Assembly (NCBI GenBank): GCA_963841565.1
Contig: CAWJCY010000012.1
Span: forward strand, 192,001 to 256,000
DNA length: 64,000 nucleotides
Reading direction: 5' to 3'
Origin: an uncultured Nitrososphaerales archaeon
Lineage (GTDB): Archaea > Thermoproteota > Nitrososphaeria > Nitrososphaerales > Nitrososphaeraceae
Shown: positions 20,708 to 30,795 of the stretch, piece after piece
Position numbering within the stretch: the stretch's first letter is position 1
How the letters are laid out: each line of letters opens with the position of its first letter
The notes under the pieces: generated by a model
Databases searched by the model: none
What the model saw: only the letters and a program-made list of their open reading frames with translations
What the model was told of the DNA's origin: nothing
Program-made: the position numbers and the translations under genes

Positions 20708-22495
20708 TCAAATGTAGCCAAAAAGCTCGTCACCTTTCCTTTTCGTATCTACAATATGATTCAGAACTTCCAGTTCGTCTTCAGTAAGTCTTTGTGTGAA
20801 ACGTTCATTAAGTAATTTCGCGTGTTTGCTATTTAGATCAGTGTAGAAGATTTCTCCTTCAGTAATCTGTCGACCTATAGTGGGGCCTCGGATGGAGACC
20901 GCAACCTGCATTCCCTTAGTAGCTTCCTCAATAGTTTTACCGCTTTGCTGTATTTGGTGGATAACACCTATTTTTTTGCCTTCTTCATTGATCACAGGAA
21001 TTTTTTGTCGTAATTTTCCCACTAGTACCTCGGCTCCGAATACAGCAGGGTCGTTACGTCGGAATACAAAGTTTTTCAAGAACTGAAATTTGCAAACTGG
21101 GGGAATTTCATTAAACATGATTACGTCTTGATGATCTTTCTGGTAAGCTGTCCAATCAATATAGCTTCTCACAAGATTATAGATGATTTTCTCATCAAAA
21201 ATCATGACTTGACGTTCCTGCGCCTCCCTAAGGGCATCATCTAGAACTCTGACATTAAATGCCAAAATCACTCCCAAATATCTGTCCTTCTCCCTTACAG
21301 CCGACGCCTCGATCACGTCCCTCTTGGTGACGTGCCCTATGTCCGCAATTCGTATGGGAACTTTTTGCTTTACAAGGAGGTCACTAATGGCTTCTATGGA
21401 ACCTATAGTGTCACATTTCATAGTGACGCCGTTGATATCCTTATTAACGAACGTATTCTTAATTTCAGCCTCGACAATTGCTCGAAGTCGAGGTTCGTCT
21501 TCCTTCTGATTTAGAACGAAAAGCGGACTCCCAGCCATGACTCCGGCGAGGTCTGGAGAAGTGATTTTTACTCCGGCGGCCGAAACTACCTCCGACACGT
21601 GTCTAAACTTGTCCCGAGGGTCTCTCATTTCATCAAGTGGCTTGGGAAGAAGAATTGCCTTTACACGAGTTACTACTGCGCCATTTCTCTTGGCAACTAT
21701 AACACTACATCCCTGACGAAGGATTCCATCGAACAGTATCACATTGGCTGCCGGTCCCAAGCCTACCTCTTCGTTGATTTCCAAGACGATACCTCTTCCC
21801 TCCTCTTCGTGTCGTTCCAGTTTTTGGTTCAAGTACTGCTGTGTCAATCCTATAAGAACAGCAAGTAATTCAGGTATCCCCACCCCAGTTCTTGCACTGA
21901 CAGGCACTATTGCTACTTCCTTTGTAAAGTTCTTGATTCGCCAGAACGCTTCTGAATTGTATCCGGATATAGAAAGTGAGCCGACGACACTGTAGATCAT
22001 TTCATCCAGTGCAGTTTGAATTGACTTATCCTGCATACTCACTGCCTTACTTATCGAATCTCCCCCCAGATCGTTGCGCCATCCACTAACGGTGTCAACC
22101 TTATTCAGCGCAATAACAAATGGAACCTTTCTTTTCTTCAAGATATCAATGCTTTCTTCTGTTTGAGCTTCGAATCCCTTGTTAGCATCTACCACAATTA
22201 TTGCAATATCGGCTGCTGAACCTCCTCGTACTCTTAGAGTAGCGAAGACTTCGTGACCAGGAGTATCTATCACCAGAATTCCTGGAATCTGTGAATCAGT
22301 AGTTGAAATCTTGTTAAATAAGTCCCCTGTTACCCTTCTAATTGTATCAATCGGGAAAAAACTTGCTCCTATATGTTGGGTAATTCCCCCCGCCTCTCTA
22401 GCTTGAACCGCCGTTCCTCTAACCTTATCCAGTAGAGAAGTCTTACCGGAGTCTACGTGACCAAGTACAACTACAACCGGATGCCTGAGTGCCAC
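20708..22495 (-). CDS. infB: translation initiation factor aIF5B (IF-2)
   Basis: GHVDSGKTS, GGITQHIGA, DTPGHE, NKVD. Confidence 0.97.
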   Translation of the reverse strand: MALRHPVVVVLGHVDSGKTSLLDKVRGTAVQAREAGGITQHIGASFFPIDTIRRVTGDLFNKISTTDSQIPGILVIDTPGHEVFATLRVRGGSAADIAIIVVDANKGFEAQTEESIDILKKRKVPFVIALNKVDTVSGWRNDLGGDSISKAVSMQDKSIQTALDEMIYSVVGSLSISGYNSEAFWRIKNFTKEVAIVPVSARTGVGIPELLAVLIGLTQQYLNQKLERHEEEGRGIVLEINEEVGLGPAANVILFDGILRQGCSVIVAKRNGAVVTRVKAILLPKPLDEMRDPRDKFRHVSEVVSAAGVKITSPDLAGVMAGSPLFVLNQKEDEPRLRAIVEAEIKNTFVNKDINGVTMKCDTIGSIEAISDLLVKQKVPIRIADIGHVTKRDVIEASAVREKDRYLGVILAFNVRVLDDALREAQERQVMIFDEKIIYNLVRSYIDWTAYQKDHQDVIMFNEIPPVCKFQFLKNFVFRRNDPAVFGAEVLVGKLRQKIPVINEEGKKIGVIHQIQQSGKTIEEATKGMQVAVSIRGPTIGRQITEGEIFYTDLNSKHAKLLNERFTQRLTEDELEVLNHIVDTKRKGDELFGYI

Positions 22496-22903
22496 TTAAA
22501 TGCTATCAAAAATCACTCCAGCCTCTTTTATGAAGCTTTCATACGAATCTGATGCATGCACTATATTATCTGTTATGTTAAGGGCTAGATCTCCACGGAT
22601 TGTACCAGGAGCAGCTTCATATGATTTTGTTGAACCTATCATGATTCGTACTGCGTTTATTGCACTATTACCGTCCAGAATTAACGCCATTGTAGGACCA
22701 GAGGTAATAAAAGAAACTAATTCATTGAAAAACGGTTTATTGCTATGAGCCGAATAGAACTCTTCTGCTTTTTCCTTGGTAAATGAGTATGACTTTAGAT
22801 TATCAATATTGAATCCCTTTTCTTCAAACCTGGAGATTATCTTCCCAGCTAATTTTCTCTTTACAGCATCTGGCTTTATAACAACTAGAGTTCGCTCTCC
22901 CAA
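22496..22903 (-). CDS. ndk: nucleoside diphosphate kinase
   Basis: IKPDAV, PGTIRGD, NIVHASDS. Confidence 0.97.
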   Translation of the reverse strand: MGERTLVVIKPDAVKRKLAGKIISRFEEKGFNIDNLKSYSFTKEKAEEFYSAHSNKPFFNELVSFITSGPTMALILDGNSAINAVRIMIGSTKSYEAAPGTIRGDLALNITDNIVHASDSYESFIKEAGVIFDSI

Positions 22904-22907
22904 GAGA

Positions 22908-23123
22908 TTAACCCTTCCCTACTCTAATACCACCTTTCATGTACTTCTTTGTCCATTTCAGTTTCCTAGGATCCCGTTTTAGTTCTCTCAGATTTTTCTT
23001 GCATTTGGATGAGCATGTCCATTGTATCGACCCATCATTCCGAACCAGCATTATCCCCTGACTTGGAGGAATATGTTTTCCGCAAAAGGAACAATTTCTT
23101 AGTGAAGTTGCTGATTTACTCAT
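22908..23123 (-). CDS. rpl24e: 50S ribosomal protein L24e
   Basis: CSFCG..I.P..G, CSSKC, PRKLKWT. Confidence 0.95.
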   Translation of the reverse strand: MSKSATSLRNCSFCGKHIPPSQGIMLVRNDGSIQWTCSSKCKKNLRELKRDPRKLKWTKKYMKGGIRVGKG

Positions 23124-23159
23124 TGGCTAGTCTGACACCTCTAGAATACATTCTAAACC

Positions 23160-23375
23160 TTACTTTATTTTTCGAGCTTCTCGCTCAGTTTCTCGTAGCA
23201 TCAATATATCGTTCATTCTTATCGAGCCTTTGACGTTTCTTGTCAGGATTCGGCCTTTGTCCTTGCCCTCAAGGATTCTCACTCTAACTTGAATAACCTC
23301 TCCGGCAATTCCTGTTCGACCTACTATCTGGATTACCTCTGCCGGATTAATCCTCTCTTCCGATGACTTGCTCAT
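23160..23375 (-). CDS. rps28e: 30S ribosomal protein S28e
   Basis: [28 protein letters not shown]. Confidence 0.96.
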   Translation of the reverse strand: MSKSSEERINPAEVIQIVGRTGIAGEVIQVRVRILEGKDKGRILTRNVKGSIRMNDILMLRETEREARKIK

Positions 23376-23383
23376 ATTCTCCT

Positions 23384-23767
23384 CTATTCCTTTTTCTTGT
23401 CTCTTAGCGGCTGTATGGAATTAAGCACTTGCTCAACAATAGTTTGAGCTTCACCTGGATCCAAGATGGTAGCAGCCGCTGACCCAACATCCATACCCAA
23501 AGAAGCACCGAGTTGTTCCTTACTTGGGACAAAAATATATGGAGCATTTCTCTCCTCGCACAAAATTGGCAGATGAGCGACAACTTCAGGTGGTTCTACA
23601 TTCTCTGCGATGACCACTAATTTTGTATTCCCTCGTTCAATGGACTTTGTAGTCTCATTGGTTCCCCTACGTACCTTTCCACTTTGCTTAGCCACTCTAA
23701 CTGCTTCATATATCACATTCACAAGGTCTTTAGGTGTCTCGAATTTGACATAATACGGTCTACTCAT
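23384..23767 (-). CDS. rpl7ae: 50S ribosomal protein L7Ae
   Basis: [23 protein letters not shown]. Confidence 0.97.
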   Translation of the reverse strand: MSRPYYVKFETPKDLVNVIYEAVRVAKQSGKVRRGTNETTKSIERGNTKLVVIAENVEPPEVVAHLPILCEERNAPYIFVPSKEQLGASLGMDVGSAAATILDPGEAQTIVEQVLNSIQPLRDKKKE

Positions 23768-23847
23768 TTTAAATAATCACCCTCTGGGATCATCTCGATT
23801 CTTCTATAGAGATCAGTGGAGTATTAAATATGTTATCCATGATAACT

Positions 23848-25239
23848 CTAATTAAATTCGTCATTGCCCAGCACATTTCTAATAACTTTAGTGTATTCGC
23901 GCACCTTAGAGTCCAAAAGATCTTTATCTGTCGATTCTGCATACATCCTAACTAGTGGTTCAGTACCACTAGCTCTTACCATTACCCAAGTCTCCTCGTC
24001 AATCCAGATCTTGACGCCGTCAAGATTCTCTATTCTAATACTCGTGCCGTGGCTTGAACACGACTCAATGACACGCTGAGCGAGCTCTAATGACTTACAA
24101 TGGAATTTAGACTTGTACTGATAGAGCTGAGGAAGTTCCATGATCTCCCTGGAAAGTGGCCTCTTTCCAGAACTAGATGATAGCATCTCCAAGACCAATA
24201 GCGTAGTAAGGGCCCCATCTCGGACCGAATTTAACCGCCCATTCATGAAACCACCATTTTCTTCAAGCCCTAACACCGCGTTTCGTTTGATCATCTCTCG
24301 GGAAACCTCGACGCTTCCCACCTTAGTATGAATAACTTTCGATCCCTCATTCTGAGCGACAATACTAACCATCATCGTAGTATTCACTGGACAAACAATA
24401 TCAGTCCCTTCATATCCATTCTTCAATAGGTACGCGATTAATGATGCACCCAATCTGTCTCCCCAAATGATTTGTCCATTCTCGTCGCAAAATATACTTC
24501 GATCTCCATCACCATCGTACGCCACCCCAAAATCAGCATTGGTGGACTTTACGAGTGAAGTAAGAGTACTCAGGTTAGTGGGCGTGGGTTCAGAGCCTCT
24601 TCCAGGAAAGTTACCGTCTATATTACCATTCACGGTCAATACCTTACATCCGAGTTTCTGTGCCATAATTGGGGCTACCAATGCCTGCGTCCCATTTCCT
24701 ATATCCATTACAATCCTGAATCCTTTTGAGTAAATTTTTTCTGAATTGACAACTTGGATAGCAGAATTTACATACGATGAAATTACCCTATCGTCATTGC
24801 TCTCTCTCCCTATTTTCCGAACTGGGAGGATTTCACCAGAATTAAAATTGAGTTCTATTTTTGACTCGTCGTCTCTTGAAATTTCCACTCCATCATTTGC
24901 AATGGCCTTAATTCCATTGTATTCGGGGGGATTATGTGAAGCGGTAATCATGACGCCGCCTTTATAACCTAAGTATTTGGTCGCGTATTGCAGACAGGGG
25001 GTAGGTAGAAGGCCGGCCATACAGGTATCCGTTCCGGAAGAATTGAGCGTTGCAGAAACGATTTTAGAAATCACCGGACTAGATATTCGTCCGTCAAAAC
25101 CGACTAAGATTGGTCCGTTAGCAAAGAACGACGCTAATGAACGAGAAACTTTCATAATGAATTCGAGATTAAGGTCTTGACCGAAAATTCCTCTAACTCC
25201 ATTAGTTCCAAATAGTTTTGGGCTATCCTCGCGCTTCAT
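23848..25239 (-). CDS. glmM: phosphoglucosamine mutase / phosphohexomutase
   Basis: LFGTNGVRG, TASHNP, DGDGDR, EENGG, RASGTEP. Confidence 0.88.
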   Translation of the reverse strand: MKREDSPKLFGTNGVRGIFGQDLNLEFIMKVSRSLASFFANGPILVGFDGRISSPVISKIVSATLNSSGTDTCMAGLLPTPCLQYATKYLGYKGGVMITASHNPPEYNGIKAIANDGVEISRDDESKIELNFNSGEILPVRKIGRESNDDRVISSYVNSAIQVVNSEKIYSKGFRIVMDIGNGTQALVAPIMAQKLGCKVLTVNGNIDGNFPGRGSEPTPTNLSTLTSLVKSTNADFGVAYDGDGDRSIFCDENGQIIWGDRLGASLIAYLLKNGYEGTDIVCPVNTTMMVSIVAQNEGSKVIHTKVGSVEVSREMIKRNAVLGLEENGGFMNGRLNSVRDGALTTLLVLEMLSSSSGKRPLSREIMELPQLYQYKSKFHCKSLELAQRVIESCSSHGTSIRIENLDGVKIWIDEETWVMVRASGTEPLVRMYAESTDKDLLDSKVREYTKVIRNVLGNDEFN

Positions 25240-25926
25240 TCTGCTTTTAAGCACTGAAATGTAATTTAATTATAGTGATTAAATTAATGACAATGATTAC
25301 ATCAACAAGATGGAAGTTTGAGAGTATTCAGTAGTGGAATTATCGAATTAGGAAGGGAACGTCGGATGCAGTCGAGGATCAGATTTATTTCATCGTGAAA
25401 AGAAAGAACTATCTAATGTTGATTTCAATTTATTTCCGAACTAATCCACCGAACGCGTTAGATTCAAATCATTTCAAGGCGAAATACCAACTTGGAGTCA
25501 AATCAATCGATTAATAGTAATTATGATTTCATATTATCAAGAAAATAATCGAAAGGAAATGTGCCCTGGCTCGAGGCGTTATTGATGTTAAAGGTTGGTA
25601 CCCGAAAAGTTATGTTAGCCGGAACCTTTGACACTACTTACCAAGCTGTGTAATACATGCACCTCGGTGAAATCGTCGATGAAACTCCATCGCGTTTAGA
25701 CGCATAAACTAACGAATAATAATAACTTACAAGTAAAAACTTTCGCAAATGAATTGGTATGCAAGGTAAGAACGTTTCTTTATTCTATTCATGTGGTCAC
25801 TAAATACTTGCAGCACACAATGGGATAGTCATATTCTATGTTCCGAGATAGTATTCCCACAATAGTTGCATCATGCATATTAAACCATAAACGCTAATAT
25901 ATTGAAGCGCAGTGAACAGCTTGCAA

Positions 25927-26070
25927 GCGGGGGTTGCCAAGCCTGGCCAACGGCGCAGGACATCATGTGTTGCAAAAATGCATGATTGTGCGAGGCTTAG
26001 AATGAGTCAGGTCATTGCTCCTAGAACCCTGTTCCTAAGGGATTCGTGGGTTCAAATCCCACCCCCCGCA
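25927..26070 (+). tRNA. tRNA-Leu(TAG) with two introns (25960..25994 at 30/31; 26003..26026 at 38/39)
   Basis: Acceptor GCGGGGG/CCCCCGC, long variable arm, T arm GTGGG-TTCAAAT-CCCAC; splicing gives anticodon arm CAGGG-CTTAGAA-CCCTG; BHB-like helices CGCA/TGCG and TTAG/CTAG. Confidence 0.88.
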
Positions 26071-26082
26071 TGAATGTTTATA

Positions 26083-26292
26083 TCATGATATTTGCTTGAT
26101 GCATTGATCAAGCTGCTTATGATTATTAAAGTGTGCAGCACAAAAATGATTGTCACAGTCTCCGCAATGCCAACCCGAAATCGTGTAACAAATTATGCAC
26201 TTATCTAGTGGTTTATTATAATCAAAATTTTTTTTATGCCCTCGTGTCTTACTATGTTGTTGTTGAGATTGATGATTGATCCCGCGTCTCAT
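26083..26292 (-). CDS. small zinc-finger protein (B-box-like)
   Basis: CIIC-x7-CGDC-x4-CAAH-x3-H pattern. Confidence 0.6.
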   Translation of the reverse strand: MRRGINHQSQQQHSKTRGHKKNFDYNKPLDKCIICYTISGWHCGDCDNHFCAAHFNNHKQLDQCIKQIS

Positions 26293-26471
26293 ACAGATTC
26301 TGGCCTATTACAAATAACTTCTCATAACATCACAATTCAGTGTGACAAGATGTAAAGTCTTTAGTGTGCACGAACATTTGGGTTTTGATTCTAAATACGC
26401 ATACTTAATCGAAGGATTTATACTTTTTCAAGGTGTAAGGTTTATGTAAAGTATCAATTATTCCTAGGTCG

Positions 26472-27353
26472 TTGGCTAGCCGGAGCATAAGAGACAGGAC
26501 ATTAATCGAGATAACTGTGATAGGCAAGGACCGAGAAGGGGTAGTAGCAGAAATAACCAACTCCATTTTTCGTAATGGCGGAAATATTGAGCAGATAAAT
26601 CAAAAGGTAGTCCACGGGTTATTTGGGATGCATCTGGAAGCTTCTTTTCATAACACTGTAAAACTTCATGAAATACATTCAGAACTGCACGATCTTTCAA
26701 CCAAATTACAAATGGAGATCAAAGCTCACGTTGAAGAACCCAATAGAAAGAAAAACGTTGCTCTACTAGTAAGCAAAGAACCTCATTGTTTATTATCAAT
26801 ACTGAATGCGCAGCAAAGCAAGGAAATTGATTCTAATATTTCAGTAATTATTGGTAGTGAAAGTACCCTCAAGGGTATTGTAGACGAGCTTTCAATCCCC
26901 TTTCATTCAGTCTCGTATGAAAATGGTCCCACACACGCAGAAGGTGAGATCTTGGATGTTATCGAAGATTACAACATAGATCTCATTGTGCTTGCTCGTT
27001 ATATGCGTGTATTGACACCTAATTTTGTCTGGCGATACCCTAACAGAATCATAAACATTCACCCCTCGTTACTACCAGCATTTCCAGGCGCTTACGCCTA
27101 TGTGCAAGCATTCGAAAGGGGTGCGAAAATAGTGGGATGTACAGCCCATTTTGTTACTGAGGAGTTAGATCAAGGCCCTATTATTTGTCAGGAATCCTTT
27201 AAAGTTATGGAAGACGATACACTAGAATCGATAAAAAAGAAAGGCCAGCAGCTAGAGGCTGCGACACTATTGGAAGCAGTTAAGCTTTTTCTTGACGACA
27301 GGTTAGATGTTTATTGGAGCAAGGTACACACCTTATCCAAAAGTAGAAAATGA
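26472..27353 (+). CDS. purU: formyltetrahydrofolate deformylase
   Basis: N-terminal ACT domain, SKEPHCL, LARYMRVL, INIHPSLLPAF, GCTAHFV, LDQGPII. Confidence 0.94.
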   Translation: MASRSIRDRTLIEITVIGKDREGVVAEITNSIFRNGGNIEQINQKVVHGLFGMHLEASFHNTVKLHEIHSELHDLSTKLQMEIKAHVEEPNRKKNVALLVSKEPHCLLSILNAQQSKEIDSNISVIIGSESTLKGIVDELSIPFHSVSYENGPTHAEGEILDVIEDYNIDLIVLARYMRVLTPNFVWRYPNRIINIHPSLLPAFPGAYAYVQAFERGAKIVGCTAHFVTEELDQGPIICQESFKVMEDDTLESIKKKGQQLEAATLLEAVKLFLDDRLDVYWSKVHTLSKSRK

Positions 27354-27429
27354 TCTTCAGATCATAGGTTTAGGGCAGAACTCCGCCAACAATATAAAAC
27401 TGATATTCTAGCTAGTTCGTACAATAGTA

Positions 27430-28137
27430 ATGGCCTTCTCCATTTACGACCTTAGTGACAGTGATTTTCGCGATCGGTTGGCACGAACCCAATCTGCAAT
27501 AATACCTGTAGGTTCACTTGAACAACATGGACAGCACCTGCCAGTGTCAACAGATTGCTTGATTGCTGAACACATTTCTAAAGAAACGGGTCGGAGATTA
27601 GAATATTTTGTGTTCCCTATTGTTCCTTATGGAGTATCGTTTGAACACGCCCCAATGTTTAATATTTCTGTCCACGATTCCACACTCTCTAATCTACTAT
27701 GTGACATTTGCATATCTATAGCCCATCTTGGTATCAAAAAAATAGTGATAATCAATGGTCATCATGGAAACATGGGAGTGTTACAATATGTCTCCCAAAA
27801 TACATTTGAAAAAATGCCACCTGATTCAGCAGTACATATAATCAATTATTGGTCTTTTATGAATGAAAAATTTGATCACGCGGGGGAGGTGGAAACCTCA
27901 ATATTGTTGGCAATAAAACCTACTTTGGTAAAGATGGATAAGGCGAAAGCAAGCAGCAAGATTCTCACGAAGTCAAGAGAGGCCTACTGGAGCATGACCT
28001 GCCGGCCTGGTTCTTTTCCTAAGTTAACAGGCAACGGGGTGTGGGGAGATCCGAAACTTGCATCAGCTGAAAAGGGTAAGGAATTGCTCAGTGAAATAAA
28101 TGAAAATATTATCAGAACTATACGTGAATTTGGATAG
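27430..28137 (+). CDS. creatininase family protein (ArfB-like deformylase)
   Basis: GSLEQHGQHLP..TD, NGHHGN, DHAGEVETS, GVWGDP. Confidence 0.9.
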   Translation: MAFSIYDLSDSDFRDRLARTQSAIIPVGSLEQHGQHLPVSTDCLIAEHISKETGRRLEYFVFPIVPYGVSFEHAPMFNISVHDSTLSNLLCDICISIAHLGIKKIVIINGHHGNMGVLQYVSQNTFEKMPPDSAVHIINYWSFMNEKFDHAGEVETSILLAIKPTLVKMDKAKASSKILTKSREAYWSMTCRPGSFPKLTGNGVWGDPKLASAEKGKELLSEINENIIRTIREFG

Positions 28138-28299
28138 TATACAAGACAGATAAAAGTGGCACCTTCATATCTTGAGATATTGCTACGTGCCTATCGATCG
28201 TAGCAATTAACTTACAATTTATAAAGCTCGACCAAGACAGTTATTGCACAATCAGAATTTTAATATATACGTGAGTATTGCTTAATAGAGGAATCAAGA

Positions 28300-28530
28300 T
28301 TGTCGGTAGACATGGCGGTAAAGGTTCTAGACGAGAGCCTAGGGAAGGTTGTTCTTATTAAGCTAAAGGGCGGTAAAGTGATCAGAGGGAGTCTGCACGG
28401 ATTCGATCAACACATGAATCTGTTGCTTGAAGACTCTGTTGAATTATTGGAGGAAAGTAAGTCAAATGATTTAGGAACCATTGTTGTACGAGGAGACAAC
28501 GTTGTCATAATATCCCCACCTCCTCAGTAG
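28300..28530 (+). CDS. Sm-like archaeal protein (LSm/SmAP1)
   Basis: [22 protein letters not shown]; adjacent to rpl37e, the usual archaeal arrangement. Confidence 0.95.
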   Translation: MSVDMAVKVLDESLGKVVLIKLKGGKVIRGSLHGFDQHMNLLLEDSVELLEESKSNDLGTIVVRGDNVVIISPPPQ

Positions 28531-28543
28531 GGAAGATTGTGAA

Positions 28544-28714
28544 ATGACCAAAGGCACCACTTCAATGGGTAATTTCACCCGAAAGAAGACACATATACGT
28601 TGTAGAAGATGTGGACATAACTCCTACCACAAGCGAGGAAAGCAATGTGCGAAATGCGGGTTCCCAGATCCACAAATTAGAAAATATAGTTGGATCAAAC
28701 GTCGGGTCTTATAA
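28544..28714 (+). CDS. rpl37e: 50S ribosomal protein L37e (not in ORF track)
   Basis: Hand translation [56 protein letters not shown]. Confidence 0.95.
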   Translation: MTKGTTSMGNFTRKKTHIRCRRCGHNSYHKRGKQCAKCGFPDPQIRKYSWIKRRVL

Positions 28715-28803
28715 TTAATGGGCTCAAACTGCTTAGGGACCTTTAATACGTTCTATGATTTACAATAGTCTATAAGGTAGTTACATACATAGATTGACAT
28801 CGA

Positions 28804-29637
28804 TTGAATGAAGAGATCATATTTATTGGGAGCGCTCTAGCTGGCTCTCTCTTGACTATCGCGATCGACAGGTTAGTAAGGCCTGCATTCTCAAAAGAGA
28901 ACAAGAATACTTTAGGATCATATGATTCTGTAAGAACAGAGTTAAGTTCGCTTGAATTTGAAAGGAATTTAGTGGCTGAATCGGCGATTAAAGTGGATGA
29001 AGCATTCAGCGAGAAGAGAATCGATGTATATGAGCGAGATAAGCTCCTTCAGCGATACACAACGGAGGTGGAGCATTTCGAGGAGAGAATAGACAAATAT
29101 CAGAATTTATTAGATGTTGCAGATCTCAGAAACCAACGAGATAATCTTACTGAAATGATAAACAGAAGAATATCTTCGATTGACCAGAAATTAAAAGACA
29201 TTCACAATAGATTCGCAATTACGTACGGAAGTACAGAAGGTCACCGAATAGAGCATGTATTAGAGAAGGCCATTCAAGAAGTGGTACATGACAATCTGCA
29301 TGATTCTGAACGCATTGACGAATCAAAGCAAGTTTCAACTTCCACCTCATCGACACATGACTTATCTCATCCTTTTGAAGATGATCGACCTGAAGTTAAA
29401 CGACTCGAAGAACTTCACCACCAAATAATGTTAGAGCTTGACAGATTTGAACACGATGAAAAAAAGGTGTATGAAACTCATGCCGCAAAAAGTAAGGAAG
29501 TTCTCCAAAGTTCAACTACTCTGAATCAGGTTGAAAACGACATGGAATCGTTAGCCGAAAATGGTAAAGAAACGGCGAAAGAAAAAAAAGAAATGACCCC
29601 ATCATCTTTGGGGGAAGATCAAGCCGGTGAACGTTGA
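28804..29637 (+). CDS. membrane-anchored coiled-coil hypothetical protein
   Basis: N-terminal hydrophobic helix, long charged helical region, acidic low-complexity tail. Confidence 0.7.
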   Translation: MNEEIIFIGSALAGSLLTIAIDRLVRPAFSKENKNTLGSYDSVRTELSSLEFERNLVAESAIKVDEAFSEKRIDVYERDKLLQRYTTEVEHFEERIDKYQNLLDVADLRNQRDNLTEMINRRISSIDQKLKDIHNRFAITYGSTEGHRIEHVLEKAIQEVVHDNLHDSERIDESKQVSTSTSSTHDLSHPFEDDRPEVKRLEELHHQIMLELDRFEHDEKKVYETHAAKSKEVLQSSTTLNQVENDMESLAENGKETAKEKKEMTPSSLGEDQAGER

Positions 29638-29671
29638 TTTTACTTTTCGGCTGCTATCAAACTTTTGATTC

Positions 29672-30397
29672 ATGATGTCACCATCGCAGGTCAGTGGTAA
29701 ACCAGATTTTACTCCGGTAATAAAGCACGTAATAAGAAAGCATGTCAAGAATAATCAGATTATAGGATTGGGTAGCGGAAGGGCCATGGCATGTCTTGTA
29801 CGGGAGTTGGGTCGAATAAATGGTACAAAAAAATTAAGATTTGTGGTTACTTCCTTACAAATAGAGGTTGAAGCGGAAAATGCAGGATTATTCATTTTGA
29901 ATGGGCCACAATCAGAACAGATTGATATCGTATTTGATGGCGCTGATCAAATTGACGCAAATCTTTTTATGATCAAAGGTGGGGGAGGTGCGTTAGTACG
30001 CGAAAAAGTACTTATGTATTCAGCAAAAAAAGTCATAATATTAGCTGATTCATCAAAATTTGTCGATCAATTTAAACGAAGCGTACCAATAGAGGTTATT
30101 CCTTTTGCAAGGTCAACCGTCCATCAAAGCTTGACCAGAATTGGTGCAAAGGTGGAGCTACGACAATCTGCAACAGGATATCCCTATTTTACGGATAATG
30201 GAAATATTATTTTCGACGCATATTTTCCTTCAATCCAAAATCCCGAAGCTTTGGAAAAGGAATTAACTTGCATACCAGGCATTGTGGAAGTTGGAATTTT
30301 CACTAGGCGGGCTGATAGATATTACGAGAAATCTGTTAAAGGATCTTTTAGGATAATCGCATTCCGCAAAAACGGTAAACATTTGGTATCTGCATAG
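29672..30397 (+). CDS. rpiA: ribose-5-phosphate isomerase A
   Basis: GLGSG, DGADQID, IKGGGGALVREK, PIEVIP, TDNGN, PGIVEVGIF. Confidence 0.95.
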   Translation: MMSPSQVSGKPDFTPVIKHVIRKHVKNNQIIGLGSGRAMACLVRELGRINGTKKLRFVVTSLQIEVEAENAGLFILNGPQSEQIDIVFDGADQIDANLFMIKGGGGALVREKVLMYSAKKVIILADSSKFVDQFKRSVPIEVIPFARSTVHQSLTRIGAKVELRQSATGYPYFTDNGNIIFDAYFPSIQNPEALEKELTCIPGIVEVGIFTRRADRYYEKSVKGSFRIIAFRKNGKHLVSA

Positions 30398-30795
30398 TCG
30401 ATTTGAATCTCAAATAATGGTGTACTTTGTATTTGTGCCAAACTGGTTTGATAGATCCGTTTTCTTTTTTTATCATTATCGCTTTCGTACTTCGATACGC
30501 CGTTTACACTCAAATCTATTAGCTCCTCCCGATGGAAATGGCTGTACTTTACCTTAAATTATCGTTATGAAACTCTCCAAATTAGTAATATCATATCATT
30601 TTAAAGAAAATTAAAATTAAATCGGATCATCACCAGTGCAAGCGCCACATATTACTGTTCTAATTTCTTCGCAGATTTTTACTCGATGAAATACTGCTTC
30701 AGAAGATCAAGTGTAATTTGACAAAAAAACGAATATCAAATTCAATAACTGCTATCAGAATCCCAAAGGCGCTTTCGAGCGCAATTCTTGGTGTA

